Origin: Dudresnaya verticillata
Taxonomy: Eukaryota
Assembly: GCA_977862235.1 (NCBI GenBank)
Contig: OZ374558.1
Coordinates: 2,232,001-2,296,000 of the forward strand
DNA length: 64,000 nucleotides
Reading direction: 5' to 3'
Below are positions 22,801-32,330 of this stretch, piece by piece; position 1 is the stretch's first letter, and the number at the start of each line of letters is the position of its first letter. Position numbers and translations under genes: made by a program. The notes beneath the pieces were generated by a model. It was not told where the DNA came from. It did not search any database and saw nothing but the letters and a program-made list of their open reading frames with translations.

Positions 22801-24691
22801 CATGACGGAAGTGGCTGTCGATGTCGCTGGAGAAGATTATTACGTCATCGAGGTAGACGAGGCACGAACGCCACTTGTAACCAGCGAGCAGGATGTCCAA
22901 CGTTCGTTGAAACGTAGCGGGTGCGTTCGTGAGACCGAATGGCATACGCTTATAGCGGAACAGTCCGGCGTGGCACGTGAACGCAGTCTTATCGCGGTCT
23001 CGCGGATTGATCGGCACTTGCCAGTACCCACTGTTACAGTCTAGGGTGGTGAAGACGTTTGCTTCCCCTAGACTGTCGATGCATTCGTCGATACGCGGCA
23101 GCGGGTACGTGTCCCGTATGGTTACTGCGTTTAAACGACGGTAGTCCACGCAGAAGCGGAGGGTCCCGTCCTTCTTGGGGGCGAAGACCACAGGTGACGC
23201 CCACGGCGATTGTGCGGGTTCGATAACCCCTTGACGCAGCATGCGGTACACTTCCGCTTGAGCGAGTTGTCTTTGCTTCGGCCCCGCTCGGTAGGGCGGG
23301 GACGATATCGGTCTAGAACCGGGAAGCAAGTCGATGTAGTGCTCCGTGGTTGAGATTTCTCCCAACGACCCGTCCCACATAGACGAATACTTGCGCAACA
23401 TCTCCTTGAGTCGGCCTTGATGCTCGGCGGGGAGATGTCCCAGGTCTAAATCGTCTACTGACGGAGGTTTGGCAGTGGTTGCCTCGATAGACTTCGTGAA
23501 AGTATCCGGCTGTGCCGCAGTGTTATCATTCGTTTGAAAACGGAAATCTTGGTTTGCCTTCTCTTCCTCGGCTTGTTCCTCGGTGAGGCCCAAAACATCG
23601 GCTAGACTTACGTGACTGGGGAACACTGCTGTCGGATGTGGTAAAGCCGTCGCGACGACTTGGCCCTTGGCCAGCGCCTGCGGGCGGGGAGAGAAGTTGG
23701 CAACCAGAATGCGAAACGCTTTTAGCGGCTCCACTTGAGCAATCCCGTTCGTAACGGCCAGACCTTGTTTGTCGTACAGCGTTCCGAACGGTTGAATTGT
23801 GATGATGCCGGCGCGCTCGGTGGTCACCGATACCCATTGCTGCGCCTTAGGCGGGATGATCGCGCGCTCGGCAACTCGGATCTTGGGCGACGTCCTCCCT
23901 TCGGCCTTGCCGTATTCCTGTTCCGTTGGTAACGGAGGATACGACGGGGGTCGGCGCAGCGGGCGGCGCGTTATAGGGACACGAGTCCCGCCATCCAATT
24001 CAACCTCGCGACTTCGCGGATATATTGCTTCGACAAAGCGGTCGCAAAAGTCGCAGCCGAGTATAACCGGCGCAGCGAGTCGTTCGCAAACGATCAGTTC
24101 CAACTTGACGACTCTCCGTCCTAGACTAATGACCAGGTCGATGGTGCCTCTTGTCTGGATCGCCTTGTTGTTGGCGTCGGCTATGACGGGGAGGCTCTTT
24201 GCCACGATGCGCGATCGCGCTTCCAGCGGAATATCGTCAATGCGAATGAAATTCGGACCAGCCCCCGTGTCGAGGACAGTGAGTTTACGTGCCAAGGTAC
24301 TAACGGTTACGCCCAAGTCGGCGTACACCTTATAGTTCCTTTTGGCCATTACGAACAACTGTCCTCGCGCCTGTGGGGGTTGGTACCTTCGCCATGGGCG
24401 TTTTAATGACGTCTGTGACGACTCTATCCGCCCGTCGGCGTCATCAGTAACTAACTTCGGGCCCTCCTTCCGTGTCAGCACCCGAGGCCTAGGCCTCTCT
24501 TCGTGGTGCGACACCACAGTGTCAGGATTTGGTGCCCGAGTTAGTTTTTCGCCTGCGGCGGTGGTTGCGGCGCTACATAGCGGTTGATCATCGTCGGGTG
24601 ACGTTCGGCCGCGTGCGGCATGGGTCCGCCCCGTGGCGATTGTGGTCGTGCAGCACTGCGAGCAGCGTCGCGAGTCGCGCGTTCCTTGCAA
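19823..24691 (-). CDS. pol: Gypsy Pol (protease-RT-RNaseH-integrase-chromodomain), probably entered by -1 frameshift at ~24550
   Basis: LDTGAGPNF, YLDDVIIFS, DASEYQVG, HHAKLAGHPG..CVTC, SDNGPQF, GPY, EYVIERIESH..YRVKWFGY..NTWEP; uninterrupted. Confidence 0.96.
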   Translation of the reverse strand: MQGTRDSRRCSQCCTTTIATGRTHAARGRTSPDDDQPLCSAATTAAGEKLTRAPNPDTVVSHHEERPRPRVLTRKEGPKLVTDDADGRIESSQTSLKRPWRRYQPPQARGQLFVMAKRNYKVYADLGVTVSTLARKLTVLDTGAGPNFIRIDDIPLEARSRIVAKSLPVIADANNKAIQTRGTIDLVISLGRRVVKLELIVCERLAAPVILGCDFCDRFVEAIYPRSREVELDGGTRVPITRRPLRRPPSYPPLPTEQEYGKAEGRTSPKIRVAERAIIPPKAQQWVSVTTERAGIITIQPFGTLYDKQGLAVTNGIAQVEPLKAFRILVANFSPRPQALAKGQVVATALPHPTAVFPSHVSLADVLGLTEEQAEEEKANQDFRFQTNDNTAAQPDTFTKSIEATTAKPPSVDDLDLGHLPAEHQGRLKEMLRKYSSMWDGSLGEISTTEHYIDLLPGSRPISSPPYRAGPKQRQLAQAEVYRMLRQGVIEPAQSPWASPVVFAPKKDGTLRFCVDYRRLNAVTIRDTYPLPRIDECIDSLGEANVFTTLDCNSGYWQVPINPRDRDKTAFTCHAGLFRYKRMPFGLTNAPATFQRTLDILLAGYKWRSCLVYLDDVIIFSSDIDSHFRHVDEILSTLHRAGVTLKLTKCDFFTLTVNYLGHVIRPGRLEVDRTVTAALREAKHPRDQKELRSFLGLCNVYRRFVSRYVHVAAPLNKLLRKEQDFRLQPFDETQAKAFSTLVEAVTHPPILALPQQGLPYSVDCDASEYQVGCALFQTQPDGERKPLGFWSRSLTAPERNYSVSEKECLAVVWSVMTLRPYLQMESFTVHTDHSSLRWLMEISDPSGRLMRWRLRLSEFDFVVKYKKGYLNTQADALSRLQTKGETVAPIDDDIPCYHGSYVEDGHQTSQEDLSDAEGEVAFAEREFEEFDQVLINNTPPADEVLLRQVTHEELVHAQGDDKYCNDVKKRLDDGIILPFATDEQGLLVRTVEVRPQVVVPSALRARLLHLRHHAKLAGHPGGRKLYHTLRREYYWPSMPVDCYATVRNCVTCAKNRVLLRKNTKQLKLFPATEPLEFVSIDILGELIRTKRGNKFLLVIVDRFSKLVRTVPLRSITALEIAKAFVRHWVFLYGPPKKLLSDNGPQFVAKLFQDICRLLGVENLFTTTYHPQCNGQVERFNRTILASLRHYVADHPRDWDLFTDALTFAYNTQLHSSTHLAPFELVLSKPPRPLSLEAEPSLESVPTAGQYYTKWRTWLAALMGTAKASLEKPQARYKRNFDTRLRKSKETIAVGDFVFVRKEYFARGGSTDRAERKHKLAPVADGPYRVTHVDNETVTVDKGRDERERLSRDRVVWAPTPPGQAAPPIVVPPGPPEEQGAVAPTSHDEGTTTPSTPPADPEEDADTSHTATDPQERTTAASRSRGLAELSPFAADPNDRASQSVSNDDSTPGVRTRLEHVATAPPNENNDSAESASDNEDVNRASTKQGAASDELVSRRNNPLTADRASEAQGQRLRRSTRRVRFAEPEQTPITQRDKPPKALDRPASKPNAVSGTEYVIERIESHAYADDDEILYRVKWFGYPASANTWEPVSSLPRSHVTRYHRRKRMQLPPNVDDAQRG

Positions 24692-27105
24692 CGTACATAC
24701 GCATCAGCGGGGACACCAGCCTTCTCGGCTTCGGTTAGTCCTTCATAGTTGGTAATAACCTTCATGAAGTCGCTCATGCGGAGGAAGCAGTCCGGCGCGA
24801 TGTGTCCGCGGGCGTAGCATTGGTGGCATACCAGCTGCCGACGTGCGTCTTGACGGGGTGGGCCTCTGTCCTGCCATCCGGGCCTTGCTCGGTGGACGTG
24901 AGGAGTATACTCGGAATAGGGGACGCGTGGCGCGGGTACGACCGAGCGCCCAAAGGCGAGAGCAGGGTCCATATCCCTTTCGTCCTCGTCATCGACGTAA
25001 CTGTCCGTCGGTAGGTCCGATGTTGGCACCGACGCTTGCTCATCTGCCAAGTACAAATCGCCTTCGGCGTGTGTTTCCATGTCATCGACAGGGCTACTTA
25101 CGTCTCGGAACTCGACGGAGGACTCCGCTATCATAGCGCGCGCTCCAGGCTTGGCGCCTCTCGTCGGTGGACGCAGTACCCCTCGGGCATCGCCGATGGC
25201 GGATCGCGGTGTGCGTACGGCTTGAGCCGGTGTCAGTAAGTCGCGTTGTGCTGACGTGGAACCGGCTCTGCCGTGTCGTGCGCGGTTAGCATCCCCTTCG
25301 TCCTGTGCGAAGTGGACCAACCGCTCAAATGACAACTCCGCCCTTGGCGTTTCTTCTCGGAAGCGAGCGACCAGGGACCTGATCGATGGGTCTAACCCGT
25401 CGATGTACAGCGTCATCTTTTCCCAATCTGGATATACTTTACCGCAACGAATACACGCACCGGCTAGCCGCATCCCATAGGTCGTCTCGTCCTCGCCTTG
25501 CTTTTGGGCAGTCGACCATAGGGCGAGGACAGCGTCCCTGATCGCCGCTGGCGTAGCATACGTACGGAGGAGGTACTGTACCGCCTCCGGATACGAGGAC
25601 ACACCGCCGCGATGGCGAGAAGACGTCGGCTTGACGGAGCGGAATTGCGTGGCTGCCGTACCTCGCAAGAAGTACGGCAGCGCGACGAACGCTTGGGCTT
25701 CGCTCATCTCCAGCGTATCGGCTTCATCCGCGTAACGCGTCAGAAACTCGAGCACCATGACGGGGTCGCTGCCGTTGAAGGCGGCGTCCTTCATGGTCAG
25801 CTCCAAGCGCTTGATATGGTCTTTGACCTTACCCGTGTCGCGCCCCGAGCGTTTTTGCCCTACGTCTTTGAGACAGTACGTCCTGTACGATAGTAACTGA
25901 TCGAAAAGGGGGTTGGAGGGGCGTAGCTCCTTCAACCCCTTGAACCGCTTTCCGCGAGGTCTTGCGGCACTGCCGAGAGTTGGGAAGTCGTCGTCTTCAG
26001 ACGAAGAGTCCGATGACTCTCCGTCACTTGACGAGTCCGAAGACGATGAGGATGAGTCCCCTCGTCGATGACGATTCTTCTTCCGTCTCTGTCGTAGCTT
26101 CCGACCGCGTTTCTTCCGGTCCTTGCGTCTGTGACGATCTTCGCCTGAGCTCTCGTCACCTGACGGCGGACCATTGCGCCACTTGGCGGTTTCGAGACGC
26201 TCTAAGCGGGTCGCAAGTCGCTGAAAGCGTTCGCGTGAGCTAAGCTCAGAATGCGAATGAACCGTTACTGCCGGCGGTGGTTGTGTACCCTCGCCTTGGG
26301 CGGTTTGGTTCGTCAATAGACGGTCGAGGTCGCAGCGTAGCCCTTGTAGGGCGCCGTTCCGATCCTCTTCCAACGTCTGTAGACGACTTGCGATTCCTCC
26401 GACACTGTCGTCCAGAAACCCGGCGAAGCGAGCGAGCATCGCATCGTCCTCTAAGACGCACACCTCTCGGATCCGTTCGCGTGGTATCGTTAAGTTACTC
26501 ACGTGGACGGCCGAGGGTGACGCCGTTGGCGGTTGGCTTTCGCGGTTGTACCGGTCGGGCGTCCCTTGCGCCCTTTGACTTGGCGAATTCGGCTTAGCCG
26601 GTGAACAACCGGCACTGCCGTGGGGAGTGGGGCAACATGCCCCGTGTGTCAATGGTTCGTCAGCGACGTTGCGCTCCGCGGAGTGCGCTTGATCGTCGTT
26701 GACGGGGATGGTTGGTTGATCCGGAAGTTCCGGTTGTCCCGCGACGATGTCGGCTTGTGTTCCGTCTACGACGTCCTGCTGCTCGGCTTGTACTGTATCA
26801 GCCGAGTCAACATAGGAGCGGTAGGTGCGGAGGGCCGATCCCTCGGGGACGGAGGTGCGGACGACGACGGGGTTGTGGCGCGTCGGCGGGGGAGGTAACT
26901 CTCCTCCGTTGAGCGACGCGTGGGAGCCTGCGTGGCCGTGGCCCGGGGGTAGCGTCGGGAACGCCGACGCGATCTCGGGGCTCACGAGGGGCCCAGACCT
27001 CGTTGTCATCCGCTGTAGCGACCGTTCAGACGCGGGTACACTCCCAGGCGTCGAAGACGGTCTTCTTGAACTTGGGCCTCGCGACGGCGGCGGTCGTGAG
27101 GCCAT
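24541..27105 (-). CDS. gag: Gypsy Gag (854 aa)
   Basis: Open frame upstream of pol, with gag core (FNGSDP..YLLRTYA) and CCHC knuckle CHQCYARGHIAPDC. Confidence 0.92.
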   Translation of the reverse strand: MASRPPPSRGPSSRRPSSTPGSVPASERSLQRMTTRSGPLVSPEIASAFPTLPPGHGHAGSHASLNGGELPPPPTRHNPVVVRTSVPEGSALRTYRSYVDSADTVQAEQQDVVDGTQADIVAGQPELPDQPTIPVNDDQAHSAERNVADEPLTHGACCPTPHGSAGCSPAKPNSPSQRAQGTPDRYNRESQPPTASPSAVHVSNLTIPRERIREVCVLEDDAMLARFAGFLDDSVGGIASRLQTLEEDRNGALQGLRCDLDRLLTNQTAQGEGTQPPPAVTVHSHSELSSRERFQRLATRLERLETAKWRNGPPSGDESSGEDRHRRKDRKKRGRKLRQRRKKNRHRRGDSSSSSSDSSSDGESSDSSSEDDDFPTLGSAARPRGKRFKGLKELRPSNPLFDQLLSYRTYCLKDVGQKRSGRDTGKVKDHIKRLELTMKDAAFNGSDPVMVLEFLTRYADEADTLEMSEAQAFVALPYFLRGTAATQFRSVKPTSSRHRGGVSSYPEAVQYLLRTYATPAAIRDAVLALWSTAQKQGEDETTYGMRLAGACIRCGKVYPDWEKMTLYIDGLDPSIRSLVARFREETPRAELSFERLVHFAQDEGDANRARHGRAGSTSAQRDLLTPAQAVRTPRSAIGDARGVLRPPTRGAKPGARAMIAESSVEFRDVSSPVDDMETHAEGDLYLADEQASVPTSDLPTDSYVDDEDERDMDPALAFGRSVVPAPRVPYSEYTPHVHRARPGWQDRGPPRQDARRQLVCHQCYARGHIAPDCFLRMSDFMKVITNYEGLTEAEKAGVPADAYVRCKERATRDAARSAARPQSPRGGPMPHAAERHPTMINRYVAPQPPPQAKN

Positions 27106-27214
27106 GATACAATCGTAGAGTTGCTTGAACGTCGTGGACGATTAGCGACAAACGTCAGAGACGGAGAGTCGGACGTCGCGCGACGGAGAAACTCGTTGAA
27201 ACGTAGCACTGCTT

Positions 27215-27230
27215 CTAGGTCGGGAGACCA
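27215..27230 (-). promoter_or_regulatory. Gypsy primer-binding site
   Basis: TGGTCTCCCGACCTAG two bases after the 5' LTR on the minus strand; tRNA identity not established. Confidence 0.75.
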
Positions 27231-27232
27231 GA

Positions 27233-27974
27233 TGTGGTGCAAAGCGTCCAGTGACGATAGACCGCCGAGCAGTTCGGGGCTCGGTGGGTAGCTGCGCCCT
27301 CGGCGGTAGGTAGTCCCGCCGTGGGCGACTTGGTGGTAGAGCAAAAGGGGCACGCCTTGGGCGGACTGTAAACGCCCGAGGCGGAAAGAGAGGGAAAAGG
27401 AAGAGAAAGGGAACACGTCAAGGACGATGGTAGACGTGGAAGCACGGGAGGTAGACGTTTAGCCGTAGGCAGCGGTAGAATGCGCGCGTGCGGAACGGGG
27501 AAGTCTGGACCAAGGCCGGCTTGCCCGGGCGTTTACTGTGACGTCTGGGACGGCTTACCTAAGTATAATACGGCGGCGCGGCGGCGTGCGTGTAGCGCGG
27601 GAACTCGGGACACGTGTCGTCCCGAGGCGCGTCTGACATCCTGATCCCATCCGGATCGGACCAGCAATGCTGATACCCGCAGCCTTACAGGCGCATACCT
27701 TACAGCTTAGGCGATCCAGATAGCCAATCTGGATGCCGGATCCGGATCGCATCCGGATCCGCGCTACAGTGCCCCGAGGCGCCAGGTCGGCCCAGCACTG
27801 TACGGTGCCCGCGTGGCGCGCGGCGCGCAGTGCGCGTGCGCGCCTCAGCAAGCCGTCGATGACGTGTTCGCGCGCCAACGGCGGTGGTGAGCGCCGGTGG
27901 CGGTTTCTCCGTCGGTCGAAGTATTTAGTCCGACCGCTTTCAGCGAAAAAGGGCTCGCCTCCCCTTGCACCACA
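27233..27974 (-). repeat. Gypsy 5' LTR (742 bp)
   Basis: About 5 substitutions versus the 3' LTR, and lacks the 154 bp at 15127-15280. Confidence 0.95.
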
Positions 27975-28247
27975 CCACCGGGTGCGGCACTGTCGTTAGA
28001 AGTGCCCGTTTTAACGAACTCCGATATGTCAATCTCGACAGAGCGTTCGGAGGCACTTGAGGTTGAGGATAAGTCTTCATTGTCATTAGAAGTGCTGCCA
28101 ACATGTTTCACCACAGCAGCATATCCAGGAGAAGAAGACTCATTAAAAACCACATGCTTTGTACGGACAATGCTTCCTGTCTGAGTCAGGACCTTGTATA
28201 TGCCACCCTGTACATGGCCGAGGTGAATACCGTTGGAAAGCCTCTTT
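27975..28247 (-). pseudogene. Inverted fragment of Copia pol (post-integrase SH3-like region)
   Basis: Minus strand reads NGIHLGHVQGGIYKVLTQTGSIVRTKHVVFNESSSPG, matching Copia G.FLGY..Y.V......SRDVVF.E. Continues at 14716-14537 across the Gypsy insertion. Confidence 0.75.
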
Positions 28248-29007
28248 TTCGAAGCTGGACCAGCGCTATGAATCTAAGACGACTGCTTCTAGGATTTCAT
28301 GCATGAGTGAACTTCTAACATTAAGGTACATTGACATCGAGAATGACCTTTCTAGTAATATTGATCGGATGAGCGGGCTTCTTGAGAAACTGAAGATAAT
28401 GGGCTCAAGTATCGATGAAGTCATGGCTGTCGGAATTTTAATTTCTTCTGTAGAAGCCGAACACCTTCAACCTGTTGCTGCGGCTATCAAGACATTGGCA
28501 GAGGAAAAGGTGAACTGGGAGGATGTTACTGCGCACTTACTTGAAGAGCAGCAATCACTCGTGGACTTCAAGAAACACGGCTACCGCGCTAATGTTGGTG
28601 TTCCATCTCAGCGACGTTGTGAAATTTGCCAGAACTCAAACCACAGTACGGATCGCCGTTTCCTTAATCCCGACAATCCTAACAACAAACTGAACCTACC
28701 GCAGCATATCAAGAGCCAAGTCGACTACTTTTGCGATCACGAGAACGGCACAATCCAACCTGATGCCGCCGTTGAGGGCAAAACGACCGAAAAGAAGAAG
28801 AGCAGCAGCAAACACAAGAAAAGTGACTCTTCCCTGGAGCGTGCTGCAACTGCTCGTGTAATGTTCACAACGATTGGGCAGGAGCCACTTATGTTGGATT
28901 TGGGCACAACGTCTCATATGACGCCCTCCATTGATGACATTGATGATGGAGGCATGTGTAACATGCCTCCGAAGCTAACAAAGCCGATGGCTTCACTAAG
29001 GCTTTAA
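28248..29007 (+). pseudogene. Copia gag C-terminal half, zinc knuckle and protease start
   Basis: 28248-28620 duplicates 14165-14536. Then CEICQNSNHSTDR (degenerate CCHC) and LMLDLGTTSHMT (Copia DSGA..HM protease motif). Integrase core and RT are absent. Confidence 0.85.
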
Positions 29008-29097
29008 CCGGGTCTGCATTCCAACAAAATCGGAACTGGATCGGCTGTATTTCCCTGGAGTAAGTTGCACACGTACCGAGTTTTGCTCGAGGGGGGG

Positions 29098-29445
29098 TCT
29101 CGGAGAATCGATGAGCCAACAATGGAGAACGAGCTACAACTTTGCGCGTGGCAATTAGAATCGAGGTGACGTGCGACACTTTATGTGTGTTGCATTGTCA
29201 GTTTCGCTGTGTCCGCCAATGCATGCGGCCACAACTGCAATTCGGTGAATTGACTCTCCCTTATGCCCTTAAAGAGCACTACTGCAACAATCCGTTGCAT
29301 TCGTACTGTACTATTTCAATTCCTTACGTAACTATCAATTCACTGAACTACAATACAACATAAAATCCGGGCTCTGGGCTTCCCCACCTCCAACCCGGGC
29401 AGTTCAACACTCACAATCTACCTTGCTCGTTCACCGCTTTCAAGA
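29098..29445 (+). repeat. Copia 3' LTR (348 bp)
   Basis: Repeat of 13295-13641, preceded by PPT GAGGGGGGG (29089-29097). Confidence 0.92.
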
Positions 29446-29843
29446 CGATTCACAATGACAGAGATAGTTTAGAGTACGAGGGATATGAGGGTGGTCAACG
29501 TGGAAAGCATCTTGCGTTGAGTCGAGGTGCGCATCTTGACCGCTTGGTGCTCAGCAAGACTTTCTACGCTAGCACCGATCCCAGCATCGATGCAGCCATA
29601 CACATCAAGGGCCATTGGGTGAATCACTATTGAAAAGCCATAGGTAACAGAACGAGAAAAGTATTAACAACATGATGTGACGGTAAATAGCATGTTGAAG
29701 AAATCAGCGATGTCCTATTCTCGAATCAAAACCGGAGAAAGAGATTGTGTTACTCAGTAAAACAAGGACTAGTCCGCGGAATGGCTAAAAGGTACCAGGA
29801 TCAGTAGGAAAACATAACAGTTCGCGGCAGTTATAGTTAACGA

Positions 29844-31016
29844 CTACTGCGATAGACTGAAGAAAAAAACTTGTGAACAGTGCAAGTTTGCTACCAACTG
29901 TGAATTGCTCGCGATCTTCCAACATTTTGAGCGTTTCATAGATCTATTGGGAGCTCCGCCTCCCAACAAACGTTTCCGAGTAGGCACTTGCATGGACGTA
30001 ACGGACTGAGCAAGTCCAATAACCGCCTTCTGGTCAGCCTTCTGTCTGAGTCCTGCAAGAAACAGACCCGCTGACGTTTTTGGGGTCTTCACGACGGACC
30101 CCAGAAGGAACAAAGCCTCTGCATTCTCCCCCTTCTCCAGAACCTCAAAACACAGATCAACTGCGCGTTTCACATCCTTCTCGATTTCTGGTGAGCCGTC
30201 AATAAGTAGACGAGCAAGAGTCGTCTTGGCATCCGGATGCCCGCTAATGTCAATGGCTCTGTTAAGAGCACACACGGCTTTCTTCTTGTTGGAGGACATG
30301 AAAATTCCAGATAGGCGGTACATTACGTCGGCACTATGGGAGCACTCTGCATTGTGTGAAACTGAGCGCGTAAGAGCAAACGTAGCTTGACGGTTCCGAT
30401 CTCCGTCATCACAGAGACCGATGCCTGGAAAATCCAGGAGCATGCAGCCCATATGGTAGTACGCCTGACGATTATCAGTTATCAGAGAGGCCTTCTTGAA
30501 GAACGAGAAGGCTTTGTGAAGATTTGCTATTTCTCCCTTGAACCCCTTCAGGTAGACTTGACCGAGTCGACACATTGCTGTCCCGCCGAAGTCACGATTG
30601 GAATCAACAACTTCTTTGTAAAAGCGCTCGGCGTTCGCATTCAGTTCTTCATGCTTCTGACATTCGATGTCGAACAGCCTGAAGAGCACCATTGCAGAAG
30701 CCCAAGACCCATGTATGTAAGCCTCAAAGAATATCTCTACAGCCTGTAAGACTTCTTCGTATGACGCGGACGCGGCGCCATCATCGCGGTCAGGGCACCA
30801 AAGCATGTTTCCTACAGCATGCAAGCCAAAGAAACGGCTGGCTCTAAACGTCGATTCCACAAAACGTCGAGCCCGCTTCATAGCGTACATCGTAGTGTCA
30901 CCCCTCTTCTTCAGCAATAGAGCGAGACGATGCACCTGCTTTTCAAAGTGCGGTCCAACAATTTGAATGATAGCATTGTAGTGCACCCTGTATTGCGAAC
31001 GAGTAGCAACAACCAT
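29844..31016 (-). CDS. SEL1-like repeat protein
   Basis: AMCRLGQVYLKG....LHKAFSFFKKAS, AYYHMGCML and AKTTLARLLIDG..IEKDVKRAVDL match SEL1 repeats; 390-aa open frame. Confidence 0.8.
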   Translation of the reverse strand: MVVATRSQYRVHYNAIIQIVGPHFEKQVHRLALLLKKRGDTTMYAMKRARRFVESTFRASRFFGLHAVGNMLWCPDRDDGAASASYEEVLQAVEIFFEAYIHGSWASAMVLFRLFDIECQKHEELNANAERFYKEVVDSNRDFGGTAMCRLGQVYLKGFKGEIANLHKAFSFFKKASLITDNRQAYYHMGCMLLDFPGIGLCDDGDRNRQATFALTRSVSHNAECSHSADVMYRLSGIFMSSNKKKAVCALNRAIDISGHPDAKTTLARLLIDGSPEIEKDVKRAVDLCFEVLEKGENAEALFLLGSVVKTPKTSAGLFLAGLRQKADQKAVIGLAQSVTSMQVPTRKRLLGGGAPNRSMKRSKCWKIASNSQLVANLHCSQVFFFSLSQ

Positions 31017-31789
31017 CTCTACGGATCACGAGCGCTTACGAGAAGCAGGAGCACTTGTCGGAGACCGGTCGTTGACACCCAGCGATGGTGTGGCGTGGGC
31101 GGGTTTGATTTGTATGGGAATGCTCGCAATTGTGTGGGCGTCAATTCGAATCAACATGCGTTGCAAAGTGGAAGGTAATTTGGGTGGTTACAGTGCTTAC
31201 ACAATGTGGGCTTCCTCTGAAACTGCTGATGGCGTCGTGAGAAGGGCAGCTACAACCTCCATTAGAAACTAGGAGCTTGGGGCTTGCGCGCTTGGGAAGT
31301 GTACTGCTCATGGAACGCCTCCTTTTTGCTACTGGACTGACAGGGGGTCTTCGTGGTGGCTGCGAATGCAGTCCTTACTCTCTTGATGTTCCGCAGCTTC
31401 CTTGCTATGATCACGGTTGGGTATGTGGTCAATGCAGGAACCAGTCTCATAACGACCACAACGAGTGGACGAAGACGAATGATGCAGCCATTCGTCATAC
31501 ATCGGATGACGTGCGGCAGTAAAGTAATTCTAAATGCTCCTTGACGGTTGTCCTCATCATCACGTGGCTAGAGATGAGATATGGAATTGTGTTGCTCTGC
31601 GAAAAGATGGTCGCTGCCCTCACGAGAAGGACTGCGTTCTCTCAAAGCCCAACGTCGACCAGAGAGACATTTCGCTTGGCGCTGTGGGGAGCCACTAAAA
31701 AGCGATCTCAATGACTCTGAACAACGGTTACCGGAGCCCTCAGGCGTCAGACTACTTGCTTCCGAGCATCGACGTCCACCACGTTGAAG

Positions 31790-32330
31790 AAAATATTCGC
31801 AATGTGGTGACGGGCTATTCCCCGGTCTCTGATACTCCTTCTTATGATAGTATCGGCCTTCAGCCATCGGAATACGTCTGTTCACGACATGAATTCCACG
31901 ATAGCGGCATTCCTCGTCGTGTTGCGCTGAAAATTTATCCCTCCGTTTGGCAGAGCTTGGTTTAATGTGGTAGGAACCTTCACATGTCGGGCTGCCTGCG
32001 CCCGAGCCTCGACGTCTACCATTTTAAGAATAGTCGTAGCGGTGTCGTGACGGACTATCCTTCGGTCTCCACGACTCTGGACAACTATAGTTGCGGTCTT
32101 CACGCGTCGGAATGTGGATTTGGCGATCTTCCTCTTCGTGGTACGGTAAAACTCTACCCCTCCATCTTCCAGAGCTTGACGGAACGTGGTAGGGGCTTTT
32201 ACGTTTCGGAGTGGCTGTGCTTGAGCCTCGATGTCTTCCACTTTGAGAAGAGTCGCCGTGGTGTATTTGCAGAGTAGCCTTCGGTCTCCACGACTCTTGC
32301 CGACTATAGTCGTTTCCTTTAGGAGATGGG
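31790..32330. repeat. Degenerate ~220-240-bp tandem repeats (about 3 copies)
   Basis: Anchor CGGTCTC at ~31822, 32063 and 32283 with similar flanks. The minus strand reads as Arg/Ser-rich sequence. Paralog at 63300-63900. Confidence 0.6.

Larger units (their letters stand above)
14721..27974 (-). mobile_element. Apparently intact Ty3/Gypsy chromovirus (13.25 kb) with an antisense extra ORF
   Basis: LTRs with 10-bp inverted termini TGTGGTGCAA...TTGCACCACA. TSD CCACG/CCACC (1 mismatch). PBS, PPT, open gag and pol. Confidence 0.96.
13295..29445 (+). mobile_element. Non-autonomous, rearranged Ty1/Copia LTR retrotransposon hosting a nested Gypsy
   Basis: Direct LTRs 13295-13641 and 29098-29445. 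TSD CGATT at 13290-13294 and 29446-29450. Empty site GAGGCGATTCAC at ~56587. Copia-type gag and protease motif. Confidence 0.92.
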
